Counted from the whole stretch's first letter, positions 42,868 through 52,923 are shown. The stretch is 63,626 bases of DNA, filler included, from Pseudomonadota bacterium (GCA_043820105.1; 9 parts of 8 records of this genome joined end to end with filler, not necessarily neighbours in it); one strand, 5' to 3'. Notes: generated by a model not told the origin, from the letters alone. Made by a program: numbers and translations.

Positions 42868-43197
42868 AAAGCAAACTACAATCTTTTCACTGTAAAAGGT
42901 GAAGATGTTCTGATTGATCTTTTAATAGATAGTGGAACAAGCGCTATGATTAGCCAGCAATGGGCAGATATGATGAATGGAGATGAATGCTACTCAGGAA
43001 GCAAGAGCTTTTTTAGATTTGAAAAAGTCGTAAAAGATATTATGGGCTTTGAACATGTCATCCCAACTCATCAAGGAAGAGCAGCAGAGAGAATTTTATT
43101 TACGATTATCGGCAATAAAACAAAGACAATCCCTCATAGCATTTTTACTAAAGAATTCAACAATGTATTATCCAAAGGCTTTATTCGATACAACTAA
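42868..43197 (+). pseudogene. tnaA: Second tryptophanase copy, fragment
   Basis: KANYNLFTVKGEDVLIDLL...HQGRAAERILF closely matches 25644-27020; starts at the IS end and diverges after about 90 aa. Confidence 0.85.
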
Positions 43198-43304
43198 TGA
43201 TAGAAGGGAACAAGTTAGTTTGCTAAAGGAAATAAACTTGATTTAAAACAAAAATAAATGAGTTTTTCACTTTAGTAACTTTTAAATATCACTATAAATA
43301 TGAG

Positions 43305-44903
43305 GTGATAATGGTAAAAGCCATAAAGACTAAAAGAATATTTTTTATTTTACTCGTTATTTATATTTTATTTTCTCACTTGGAGTTTTTCTTACAGCCA
43401 GGTTATTATTCAGACACCATAGGCATTGCTTTTAGCGAGGATGCTTATTATGCTTTAATTGTTTCAAAAAATATTATTAATGGTAATGGAATTAGCGCAG
43501 ATGGAATAACCTTAACCAATGGATTTCAACCTCTATGGGTATTAATAGCCACTATTCCATATTTAATATTTACTACAGATTTTTGGCAAATCACGTCTAT
43601 TTTATTTATCGGAATCCTCTTTTGGTTTTTATCAGCAGCTATATTTTTAAAAATTATAAAAGAACTCTTAGGTTATGAAATTAAAAAAAATAATATAAAG
43701 ACTTTTTATGCACTAGCTTTTTTCTTGTTTTTAACTGATATAAAAATCCAAGAATATTTTTTTAATGGACTTGAAACAGGACTTTATTGTTTCATGTTTT
43801 TATTTTTTGTCTATTTATGGATAAAGCATTGGATACCAATCTTAAATTCTAAAAACATTAAAATAAAGTATGCTTTTGAGATTGGTCTTTATAGTGGAGT
43901 ATTATTTTGGTGTAGAAACGATTCAGTTTTTATTATAGGTATATCCTTCGCTTTTTATTTCTATTATTTATTGAAATTAAAAATACAATTAACAAAGGTA
44001 ATATTTACGTCCCTTATAATGTCTATTGTTACTATTTTTATATCTTCACCTTGGCTACTTTATAACATATTTTTAACTGGCTCTATTGTTCCTCAAGGTG
44101 GTTTAGCTACAAATTCTGGCCCATATTTATTTCCTTTTGGAATTGATAAATTAAGCGAGGGATGGATACAAATGGCAAAGCTAATTATCTCACCCATATT
44201 ACCAATTGGATGGTCAGGATACTCTATCTTTTTCTATCTTTCATTTTTCATATTATTTATTATTTTATATTTTTCAAAGAAACAAATTAACATGCTATCT
44301 AGGTCAAATAGATGTTTTCTAATATTTATGAGTCTAGCTACTTTTCTATTAGCTTCATATTATTTTTTGTTTAGTGGCGCAACTTGGATGTTTCAAAGGT
44401 ATTTTATGCCAGTTAAGATTTTGTTTCAAATATTTTGGTGTTTCACTCTCCTATCGTTTTTGACAAGATTCAAACATTTGTCAAAAACAATAGTATTTGT
44501 ACTTATCTTTGCCTTATTTTTTTGGAGTTCTTATCATACTGCTAAACGCAATAAATATCCCGAGAGGTATATGTCAGAAGAGCTAAAGTTTATCAGCAAG
44601 CTCTTAGAAAAAGAGGAATATTCAAAAATTGGCATGTTTGAATCTGGAAGATTAGGATATGCATATCCCAATAATATTATTAATTTGGACGGAAAAGTTA
44701 ATAAAGAAGCATTGAAAGCGATATCAGAAGAAAAGTTTGATGACTACTTATCAAAAGCTTCTTTTGATTCTATTCTCATAAAGCCATTTCATGAGAAATG
44801 GCTAGATTTGAAGTATCCTGAATGGAAAATTAATTTCACAAGAGTTTATGACACTAATATAAAAGGGACTTCAATGCTATACAAAAAGAAGAATCTGAAA
44901 TAA
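43305..44903 (+). CDS. Polytopic membrane protein, GT-C (PMT/ArnT-like) glycosyltransferase-like
   Basis: EDAYY, TNGFQPLW, NGLET, CRND; many TM segments. Confidence 0.6.
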   Translation: MIMVKAIKTKRIFFILLVIYILFSHLEFFLQPGYYSDTIGIAFSEDAYYALIVSKNIINGNGISADGITLTNGFQPLWVLIATIPYLIFTTDFWQITSILFIGILFWFLSAAIFLKIIKELLGYEIKKNNIKTFYALAFFLFLTDIKIQEYFFNGLETGLYCFMFLFFVYLWIKHWIPILNSKNIKIKYAFEIGLYSGVLFWCRNDSVFIIGISFAFYFYYLLKLKIQLTKVIFTSLIMSIVTIFISSPWLLYNIFLTGSIVPQGGLATNSGPYLFPFGIDKLSEGWIQMAKLIISPILPIGWSGYSIFFYLSFFILFIILYFSKKQINMLSRSNRCFLIFMSLATFLLASYYFLFSGATWMFQRYFMPVKILFQIFWCFTLLSFLTRFKHLSKTIVFVLIFALFFWSSYHTAKRNKYPERYMSEELKFISKLLEKEEYSKIGMFESGRLGYAYPNNIINLDGKVNKEALKAISEEKFDDYLSKASFDSILIKPFHEKWLDLKYPEWKINFTRVYDTNIKGTSMLYKKKNLK

Positions 44904-46564
44904 AACATGTCAGGAAAGCTTTTTGCAAAGTCTATTGATTCTTTTTTCACAAGTTCAATACAAGCATCCACCTTATCGGCGTCATATAACCTGATCACTT
45001 TACTTAATATGTCATTTTCTTCTATTGTATTTCTTACGAATGCTCGATATAGTGTCTCATCTTCAAGTAGAACAACTTTAATCTTTTTTTGCTTTTCCAA
45101 GAAACTTAATTTTTCATCAGTATCTTCTTGCAAGGGTTCATATTTTACAAAAAGAATTTCATCTGTGTTTTTGGGAAGTACTTCTAAATTATGTTCATCA
45201 ATTTCGTCTGATGCTGGGATAGTTATTACAAACTCGACTCCACTTTTTGATTCAACTCTATTATCAACATTTCTAGCCTCTATTGTACCATTATGTAAAG
45301 TTACAATTTTATGGGCTGATGCTAGACCCAATCCAGTGCCAGACTTTTTGCCTTTTGTGAAAAAGGATTCGAATAGGTTTTCAATATCTTCATCTGGTAT
45401 TTGTGGACCATTGTTACCAATCACGATTTCAATACAATTATTCTCATTTTTAGTAATGGTTTTTGCATAAAACCATACATTTTTATTTTCATTGTTCCCA
45501 TAAGATTTTAACGCTTCAATTGCATTCCCAATTATATTGACAAAAACTCTCACCATTCTTTCATTATCTGCAAATGGTTTTAAATTATTTTCAATATTAT
45601 ATTCAAATGTAACAAATATATCCTTTTTACCTTGAACTGCCTGCCTAACAGAAAAATCTATTAAACCAGATAAACCATTAGGACTAGTCTCGACCTCTAC
45701 TTCTCTTGAAAAGTCTAATATGTCAGATATCATGCTTTCAGCATGTGTAATTGTTTCATCAACCGTTGCTTTTGCCTTTTGCATCGAACTTGGATTATCT
45801 TTTATTTTATCTATCATAGAAAGCATAGATTTCATACTTGTGAATGGCTTTCTTACATCATGTGCAAGTATTGAAGCTGTTTGACCTATAGCAGCAAGCT
45901 TTTCATTTTCCTTCCTTTCTCTAATCGCGATGTTCAACTTTTCAATTAGATTAAAAACTGAACCATAGAGTTGCTCAGTATAGCTACACTGTAAATTATC
46001 CGGTTCTTTAGGGAAATGAGGGTTCGATATATCAATATTATTAATATCATTTAGAAAATTAGAGATTGAAAAAGTAGTTTTATTAATAAAAAAATATCCT
46101 AAGATCAGTGTAATTATAAACAACCCTACCAATAAAATTAGCATCAAAGATATTGGTATTATTTTAGGTTTTGTCAACGACTCTAAACAATACTCTAGCT
46201 TTCCAATTTTTTTATCAAACAAAGATATTGGTACAATATTAGGCGAATTTGAACAAGAAAATCGCTTATTTTCATCATCAGGAATTGTAATGAACACATC
46301 ATTTTCTGAATAAATATTAATGTACTGTGTGTTTCCCAAAAGTAGAGTGTCATCAAAATAGCCAATAATTGAAGCCTTATCTTTAATTTTTAAAAATAAC
46401 GCAATTTTATTTGCAGCTTGTACTGCACTTGCATTGTAAGTTGCTTTAATGATTTCATTTTGTTTTAAAAAATCACTATAAACAAGAAAACTACATGAAC
46501 AAATTAGAAAAACGATTAGAATCATCATTATTCCAAAAAATAATTTCCTTTTAAGAAACCTCAA
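44846..46564 (-). CDS. Membrane sensor histidine kinase with truncated receiver domain
   Basis: 2 TM; LAHDVRKP (H-box), NIIGNAIEA, NNGP, FFTKGK..GTGLGL; REC begins VVLLEDE and breaks off. Confidence 0.9.
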   Translation of the reverse strand: MRFLKRKLFFGIMMILIVFLICSCSFLVYSDFLKQNEIIKATYNASAVQAANKIALFLKIKDKASIIGYFDDTLLLGNTQYINIYSENDVFITIPDDENKRFSCSNSPNIVPISLFDKKIGKLEYCLESLTKPKIIPISLMLILLVGLFIITLILGYFFINKTTFSISNFLNDINNIDISNPHFPKEPDNLQCSYTEQLYGSVFNLIEKLNIAIRERKENEKLAAIGQTASILAHDVRKPFTSMKSMLSMIDKIKDNPSSMQKAKATVDETITHAESMISDILDFSREVEVETSPNGLSGLIDFSVRQAVQGKKDIFVTFEYNIENNLKPFADNERMVRVFVNIIGNAIEALKSYGNNENKNVWFYAKTITKNENNCIEIVIGNNGPQIPDEDIENLFESFFTKGKKSGTGLGLASAHKIVTLHNGTIEARNVDNRVESKSGVEFVITIPASDEIDEHNLEVLPKNTDEILFVKYEPLQEDTDEKLSFLEKQKKIKVVLLEDETLYRAFVRNTIEENDILSKVIRLYDADKVDACIELVKKESIDFAKSFPDMFYFRFFFLYSIEVPFILVS

Positions 46565-46575
46565 AATAGCTCCTA

Positions 46576-47319
46576 TTATTTTTCACTTAAATGTGATAAT
46601 GGTACAACCAATAAATCACCTATAGAAGAAAAGCCAATACTGGGTAAAATTCTATTTTTCATTATTGAGTTTGGAGTGAAAACATATAGAGGAGAATTAG
46701 AGTATTGTGATATATATTTAATTAACTGTAAGCCAATAGATTTTTTTCTATACTCAGGAGTAACTGCAACGTTGAATAAAAAATCACCACCATCATTAGT
46801 TCTAAAAGTACTTGAGCATGCAATTAAACTGTCTCTATCAAATACCAACCAATGATTGCTTTCATGATTTTTTGACAAAATCTGCAATCTATCATGAAAA
46901 TACTCTGTTAATTCATCAGAAAATGAAAATGCGTTTTTCATAATATTGCAAAATGCATCAAGTTCATTGTCATTCATGTATTTTTTGCATGTTATTTTAA
47001 TTTGTACATCCTCAATTTTAGTTATTTTTTTTTCTAATTTCATGTAATGATATGAATATTTACAATCTCTAAGGTAACTATTATTAGTTGAAGCAATTAA
47101 TCCTTCTAATCCTTTATTTCTATAGAATTCTTTTATATATTTTAGTTCTTTATTATCTGGTTCCTCTTTACAAGTAAGAGGATAGGCCATATTATAATAT
47201 TGAGAATCTTTTATGCTGGGAGCGTAAAATAATCTAAAGTTTTGAATCGTAATCGATTCGTTATAGTCAATGAATATTGATTGTTCTTGTTTTAACACAT
47301 GAAGCATCTGTTCATTCAT
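46576..47319 (-). CDS. GNAT-family acetyltransferase
   Basis: LFNVAVTPEYRKKSIG acetyl-CoA motif A; ATG overlaps the upstream stop. Confidence 0.75.
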   Translation of the reverse strand: MNEQMLHVLKQEQSIFIDYNESITIQNFRLFYAPSIKDSQYYNMAYPLTCKEEPDNKELKYIKEFYRNKGLEGLIASTNNSYLRDCKYSYHYMKLEKKITKIEDVQIKITCKKYMNDNELDAFCNIMKNAFSFSDELTEYFHDRLQILSKNHESNHWLVFDRDSLIACSSTFRTNDGGDFLFNVAVTPEYRKKSIGLQLIKYISQYSNSPLYVFTPNSIMKNRILPSIGFSSIGDLLVVPLSHLSEK

Positions 47320-48781
47320 ATTTTTTCTCCAACCTAATATCTGCAAATTTAATAAATGTTGGTGATTTTACTCCAGTATTAATTATCTTCCAATCTTTTG
47401 AATAAATCAATGGTTGTTTTGGATGAAATAAAGGCAATGCAGTATATTGTAACACAATATCTTCATGTAATTCGAACATATGTTGAGCATATTCGCTATA
47501 GCTTAACGCATTGTTTAAAAGTTTATATTTTTCAATAGTTTTCTTATTGAATGGATCACCAACCGTATTCTTTATATTTGGATGAAAGAATTGTAATACA
47601 TCCAAGTTTTCCTCTACCTCCAGATACCCAAACATTAGTTCAGCATTATTATTGTACCATTCCTGCAGTGCGTCTTCAACATCTAATATTTTGGTTTCAA
47701 TTTTAATATTATTTTTTCGAAAAATGCCCTCAAAATATGATTTAACACATTCCTCTTGACCAGATCCTTTATGTATAAGTATTCTAATTCCATTTTTTGA
47801 ATCGTATGTACCTAGATCTTTGCTAATAATTTTCTTGTTACCGAAATGACCTAAAATACCATGTGGTATTATATTGTCCGTAATAATGTTACCAGGATAA
47901 CAATTTGAAACCAATTCGTACCGATTTATAAAGCTAACCAAAGACTTCCTCGCCTTTAAATCTCTAAACCGAAATGGATTCAAGTAAATAATATAAGTCT
48001 TTGCAGTATTAATAAAATGAATTTTTGCATTCTTTGTTATATTATTAATTTCCGAACTAGTTATATAATACATGAACAGATCATTGTAAATATTACTATT
48101 AAATCCATTTATTGCATCTAGTTTTGAAGCTTTAGAAAAAGTTATTCTTGAAACTAAGTTTTCAGATTTATCTTTGCTATTTAGTATAATTTTATTTTGT
48201 GTTTTTTTTGAAATATAGTATTTTCCCAAGCCATAAATCTGCTGACCGTCTCTCAAAACTATTGACAGCCTATAATCAGAAAGATTATATATTAGCCTCG
48301 GAAAGGGTTTAGTTAAAATTATTTCAAAGGATTGGTTATCAATTACTCTAATACCACTTATATTTTTTTGCAATCCTTTTAAGAATAATTCAACTCCCCT
48401 GATAATAGACAACTTTTCATATCCTGGTATTCTTCTGCTTATTGCATGCTCTAAACTAGATTTAACAATTCTTGAAGTAAGTGGTAGTCCATTTTTAAAA
48501 GTCAAATCAGATAAGTAGAATGTATACTTTTTTTGATTCTTTGAAACTTTAAAATCTTTTAAAAGTATAGGAATAGGAATATTTTTGTTGCTAATAGCAA
48601 ATAAAGGAGAATGAATTTGAATAATAAGATTTGCACTGAATATATCTTCAGATTCAACAGGATCAAGAGATTTATCTTTTGGAATTACTTGAACAGGATG
48701 CGTAATTTCAAATCCCAAAATTAATTTTATTGAAAATATAAAAATTCCTATAATAAAACTTATATTCTTCATTTTTATCAC
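47312..48781 (-). CDS. Family-5 (OppA/DppA-like) extracellular solute-binding protein
   Basis: Signal peptide, SLDP, YTFYL..LTFKNG.PLT...VK.SL, GIRVID...EI.L.KP, GLGKY. Confidence 0.8.
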   Translation of the reverse strand: MIKMKNISFIIGIFIFSIKLILGFEITHPVQVIPKDKSLDPVESEDIFSANLIIQIHSPLFAISNKNIPIPILLKDFKVSKNQKKYTFYLSDLTFKNGLPLTSRIVKSSLEHAISRRIPGYEKLSIIRGVELFLKGLQKNISGIRVIDNQSFEIILTKPFPRLIYNLSDYRLSIVLRDGQQIYGLGKYYISKKTQNKIILNSKDKSENLVSRITFSKASKLDAINGFNSNIYNDLFMYYITSSEINNITKNAKIHFINTAKTYIIYLNPFRFRDLKARKSLVSFINRYELVSNCYPGNIITDNIIPHGILGHFGNKKIISKDLGTYDSKNGIRILIHKGSGQEECVKSYFEGIFRKNNIKIETKILDVEDALQEWYNNNAELMFGYLEVEENLDVLQFFHPNIKNTVGDPFNKKTIEKYKLLNNALSYSEYAQHMFELHEDIVLQYTALPLFHPKQPLIYSKDWKIINTGVKSPTFIKFADIRLEKKYE

Positions 48782-49667
48782 TTAATATTTCTATTCAAAA
48801 TTATGTCTTCACATAGCTCACAATGTGAGGAATATTGAGGATTTAAGCCTTGACTTGAATACTCAATTCCTTTTTCTAAAAGCCTTTCTCTAAATGTTTT
48901 TCTTGTTACTTCATTATAGAAATTTGAGTTAAGGTGATACTTAAATTTACATGAAGATATATTTTCTATATTTTCACTTTTAATATTGAATAGAATATTG
49001 GAACAACAAACACTATAACCCTTTTCAGGATAATATGACAAGGTCCCAGAGTTAGGACAAACTTGATCTAATACACCTGGATCAAAACTTTGATATTTAA
49101 AATAACTTTCAGTTTCTTTTGCACGACCACTTGCTGTGACTTTTTGAATAATAACTTTAATATTAAATTCGGATGCCAAATCATCTATTTCAGTCAATTC
49201 TAAAGGAGAGGTAATGCACACAACAAATAGTAATTCAATATTCCTTTCCTTACAATAATTTCCTTACAATAATTTTTTAATTCATGAAGATTATTTTTAT
49301 TGCAACGAATTTTATGAAACCTATCCAGTGAAAGTTGAATTCTGTTTACCTTAACAAGAGAATTAAAAATTTCTTGAAATTGATTCTTATTTTCTAAAAA
49401 CCAACCATTTGTAGTAATTGTTACATTGTAACAAAAGTCTTCGATATTTTGCAAGATACTATTTATCGAACTTAAGAAGAAGGTTGGTTCTCCACCAGTA
49501 AATAACAAAGTCTTGGGTCTTAAGAAATTAACATCATCTGATATTGTCTCTATTTCACGTTTAGTAATTTTTTCTTTTCGATTTGGACCACAACTTCCAG
49601 CACAATGTTTGCAAGACAAGTTGCAATACATTCCTGGCATAATTTGAATTGTATCTATTTCTTTCAT
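48778..49667 (-). pseudogene. Radical SAM enzyme, EpeE/YydG-like, frameshifted by a 14-bp duplication
   Basis: CNLSCKHC, FTGGEP, TTNGW, LSLDRFH; C-terminal GRAK, CP...VCCS, SSHCELC; removing one TCCTTACAATAATT copy gives one 291-aa ORF. Confidence 0.85.
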
Positions 49668-49703
49668 TTTGAAAATAACCTAATAGTAAAAATTCTAATA
49701 AAT

Positions 49704-49919
49704 TTACGTTTCTCTTGTATCATCTGTGATCGTTTGAAATGCCAATCTAATAGACTTTTCAATTTTAGGATTAGAAATGCTATTATTTAATTTATTTAAA
49801 TCAATGATGTTTAGAGAGCCAACAAAGTTCATAGCAGCAAATGGTGTAATAAAAATACCTAGTGTTATTAATCTTTTCACCAAATTTTTTTTTAGCAATT
49901 TCTTTTCACTTTTAGACAT
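49704..49919 (-). CDS. 71-aa small protein, candidate RiPP precursor
   Basis: GGAGG RBS; basic N-terminus, hydrophobic stretch, polar tail; 36 nt upstream of the radical SAM gene. Confidence 0.65.
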   Translation of the reverse strand: MSKSEKKLLKKNLVKRLITLGIFITPFAAMNFVGSLNIIDLNKLNNSISNPKIEKSIRLAFQTITDDTRET

Positions 49920-50590
49920 TAGTAACCTCCAATAATTTATTAATAATTAAAAGAAAGTAATTTTTTTTTATCTAAGAATTTATAGTACTTTGAAATACAA
50001 TTAATGTAAAAATTTATAGGCCAAAATTTATGAATCAGATTATTTTTTATAAATAAAACACTTCTGTAAATAGAAAGAAAGAAAGAAAATGAATAATTTT
50101 TGTTTTACCACTTCAACCAACCCCCAGAAGAAACTAAATATTAACATTAATCCTCAATGGGATAATTATTGCTAGGTCATTTCTTCAATAATGTCAAATA
50201 ATTTATGCATAGCAGCACTTTGCTTTTCTTATCACTATTATGACACTCCTTATTTTCTACTTATTTGATAATAAGAAATCTACCATTCCAATTAGGAAAA
50301 GTTATATTGCAAAATTGAGACCATATATCATAAGATGTAATTTCAATAAGTTACAACATATTATCAATGTTAAATTCTCGGATCCTAGACACCATTCCAC
50401 TGTTGGAAATTTCCTTAAAGCTTTTTCCATATCTTTACCCATCCATAAAATGATATCACAGACAGGGTAAAAATCGGGGGAATTTGAGGGAAATAGAAAG
50501 GAATAGAAATTAGAGATAACTTCTTGTTAAAGTTAAATATTTCTTTGTTTTCAAGGGGTTTTGAAATTGTTAAAAAATGCCCTTTTAGAT

Positions 50591-50610
50591 TTCAAATCTC
50601 GTCGCTCCCG
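50591..50610 (+). other. tRNA 3' fragment (Asp-like), probable att site
   Basis: TTCAAAT-CTCGT-CGCTCCC-G reads as T-loop, T-stem, acceptor strand and G discriminator, with no 5' half. Confidence 0.55.
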
Positions 50611-50620
50611 TCAAAATTAA

Positions 50621-50655
50621 AAAAGGTTAAGTCTTCATTGACTTAGCCTTTTTTT
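50621..50655. terminator. Bidirectional rho-independent terminator
   Basis: AAAAGGTTAAGTC-TTCATT-GACTTAGCCTTTTTTT. Confidence 0.75.
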
Positions 50656-50684
50656 CTTCTAGTTTCACCATCCATTTTCTTGAT

Positions 50685-51611
50685 CTAATTTAGCTGATTT
50701 AAATAATTAGAAAGGTTTTGCAATTGCTCTTGATGCTTAGTTTTATCCATCTTCTCAATATTGTGAATTTTCCATTTAACTCCAGGTAGCTTGGAAAAAT
50801 TTCCCAGGCCTAATAAATTCCAATCTATTTCTTCTTGTTTCTTAAAATCAAGAAGAAATTTTTTTTCTTCATTTGTTAAAGTTTTTCTTATCAAACATGG
50901 CAGATTGATTTGTATATCCTCCAAATCTTTTAATGACACTTGTGCTCTGGTCATTCCCCTAAATTCCCTTTCATACACATTAGAAATATCCAAAATATTT
51001 GGATTTAATAGTTCGATAATTGGCCTGTTAGATTGAATAAGATATAGTAAAAATGTTTTTCTCAAAAGGTCTGAAATGCCTTCGTTTTCGAGTAATAATT
51101 TAATATCAAACAAGTCTCTTGGGTGCTGTCTATCCAGTGCAGCACATATTTTTCCTGCATAAATATCTTCAAAAGATAATACTTTCATTTTACAAGACAT
51201 TTTAAATTCATCTTCTACATTTTTCTTAGTTTTAAGCAAAAATGGTTTATTAGCAGAACCTCGAATTATAAGGTTAACTTCTAATTTTATTAAAATATTA
51301 TCTAAATTTAATATTAATCCTTTTAGAAAACTTGATTTGCCTATTGTTTTAAAATTAAACCTTGCGGATGGAAAATAATGTGAAACTTGTTTTGATAAAT
51401 CTTTTATGTTGCTTGTAATCTTATTAAGACTTTCATCCCTTTCTTGTATAGGGAGATAGCATAAGTCAATATCAACAGATAGTCTTGGCAAATCCCTTAT
51501 AAAATAATTTATTGCTGTCCCACCTTTTAATGCAAAATCTTCATATTCATTTAAAAGAGGCAAAACTTTCAGCAAAAGTTCAACTTGTCTATTGTAAGAA
51601 ATATTTTTCAA
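50685..51611 (-). CDS. AbiEii-family nucleotidyltransferase toxin
   Basis: FALKGGTAIN..RLSVDIDL, GKICAALDRQHPRDLFD. Confidence 0.92.
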   Translation of the reverse strand: MKNISYNRQVELLLKVLPLLNEYEDFALKGGTAINYFIRDLPRLSVDIDLCYLPIQERDESLNKITSNIKDLSKQVSHYFPSARFNFKTIGKSSFLKGLILNLDNILIKLEVNLIIRGSANKPFLLKTKKNVEDEFKMSCKMKVLSFEDIYAGKICAALDRQHPRDLFDIKLLLENEGISDLLRKTFLLYLIQSNRPIIELLNPNILDISNVYEREFRGMTRAQVSLKDLEDIQINLPCLIRKTLTNEEKKFLLDFKKQEEIDWNLLGLGNFSKLPGVKWKIHNIEKMDKTKHQEQLQNLSNYLNQLN

Positions 51612-52408
51612 AAAAGCACCTCATCATCTTCATTAATTTCCTTTGGCACGGTTATTTGATATTTCCTGTTCAAGGTTCCACCTTTTACAATTTCTCGGTT
51701 TCCCTTTCCAAAGTCAATTTTTGATAAATCCAAAGTTTTTACCCAATCAAAATTATATTTTTCAGCATAATACATAAATAGCCTTTTTGCTTTCACTGAA
51801 TTACAATTTTCAAGAAGTTTTTGAACCAGATCTGCTCTTAGATAATATAGACCTTCCATTAACAAAGCCGCTTCTTCAAAACTTTGCTTCTTTGGCAATA
51901 AATGCATCATTTCAATAGCCGCTCTTTCTTGTGAGGAGATCCTTATTGAATATTGACTGGAAACATCAAAAGAAATTAAACCCTCATCGTAGTTATTACT
52001 AAATAAATTCGTAGCGAAAAATGATATTCTCACATTCCATTTATAAGTCCTAAACCACTGAGGCAATTTGGTTCTGGCAGAAGAAAATAAAAATATTTCT
52101 GGTAGCTCCTGACTCAAATAATGAGCATGCCCGCCTAGCTGAAAGACTGTTTTAGCACCAACATGAACATCCAACTTTGAATGGTGCTGCAAAGCATACA
52201 AGCCGCCAGACCAGTTTATTTTATCCTTATTTAATTTATAAGCACCTCTACCAACTTGCTCAAGCCACATGCTTTTTACATATTTGTGAATTAAGTCCTT
52301 ACTATAACCCTTGGTTTGTAAATATTTCAAAGTACTTACAGATCCCCTAGGCCAATTTTCCAACAGCAGCTTTATTTTTGTTCTTTTTAGCTTACTCATA
52401 ATACACAT
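51608..52408 (-). CDS. AbiEi-family antitoxin
   Basis: W.EQVGRGAY, HVGAKT...GHAHYL, SQERAAIE, LLENCNSVKAKRLF; 4-nt overlap with toxin. Confidence 0.9.
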   Translation of the reverse strand: MCIMSKLKRTKIKLLLENWPRGSVSTLKYLQTKGYSKDLIHKYVKSMWLEQVGRGAYKLNKDKINWSGGLYALQHHSKLDVHVGAKTVFQLGGHAHYLSQELPEIFLFSSARTKLPQWFRTYKWNVRISFFATNLFSNNYDEGLISFDVSSQYSIRISSQERAAIEMMHLLPKKQSFEEAALLMEGLYYLRADLVQKLLENCNSVKAKRLFMYYAEKYNFDWVKTLDLSKIDFGKGNREIVKGGTLNRKYQITVPKEINEDDEVLF

Positions 52409-52650
52409 AATAGATTAAATATAAACACAAGTCAATATTTATTTATTAATAGTTGCTTTTGTTAACTCTTGGTAAGCTAATTTAATTCTTTTTAAACTCT
52501 GGCTATATCCTGGGATAATCCAGCAATTGAAATTAGTGCCAGAGTACATTATGTGAGATTGTGCTTATTTTATCAATATTTCAATTTTGATAGCAGGTTC
52601 TTCGATTAAATCTAAAGTAATTATTGTTTTATAGCTGGTTTTATTTGAAA

Positions 52651-52923
52651 TTATGTGAAATTAGTGCCAGAGCATATTATAAGAGCATTGGGATCACAAA
52701 CAAGATATTTATCAACCTTATCATGGATAATATTTACCATCCATTGGGCCATTGGTCCCTCTTCAAAAGTAATACTTTTTTTACCCTTTATTGAACCAAT
52801 ATATTTTAAAACCATCAGCTCACTTGTAGAAACTGTCTCTGTCTCCAATAACTTGCCTCTTAAGTTAATTCTTGAAAAAGTTATTGACTTTGAATGCAAA
52901 TCTGCTCCAATATAACTATTCAT
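52651..52923 (-). mobile_element. IS110-family transposase N-terminal remnant
   Basis: YIGADLHSK...TFEEG...VCDP (DEDD RuvC-like start), truncated at about 80 aa. Confidence 0.75.

Noticed and set aside
44907-45470. 187-aa ORF and the many other short antisense ORFs in the track
   Set aside because: Shadows of well-supported genes on the opposite strand
50240-50470. 76-aa ORF upstream of the peptide operon
   Set aside because: No RBS or recognisable motif; AT-rich non-coding-like composition
50586-50600. AGATTTCAAATCT as a tRNA-Sec (TCA) anticodon arm
   Set aside because: No surrounding tRNA-Sec body; the downstream sequence fits a T-arm and acceptor strand instead
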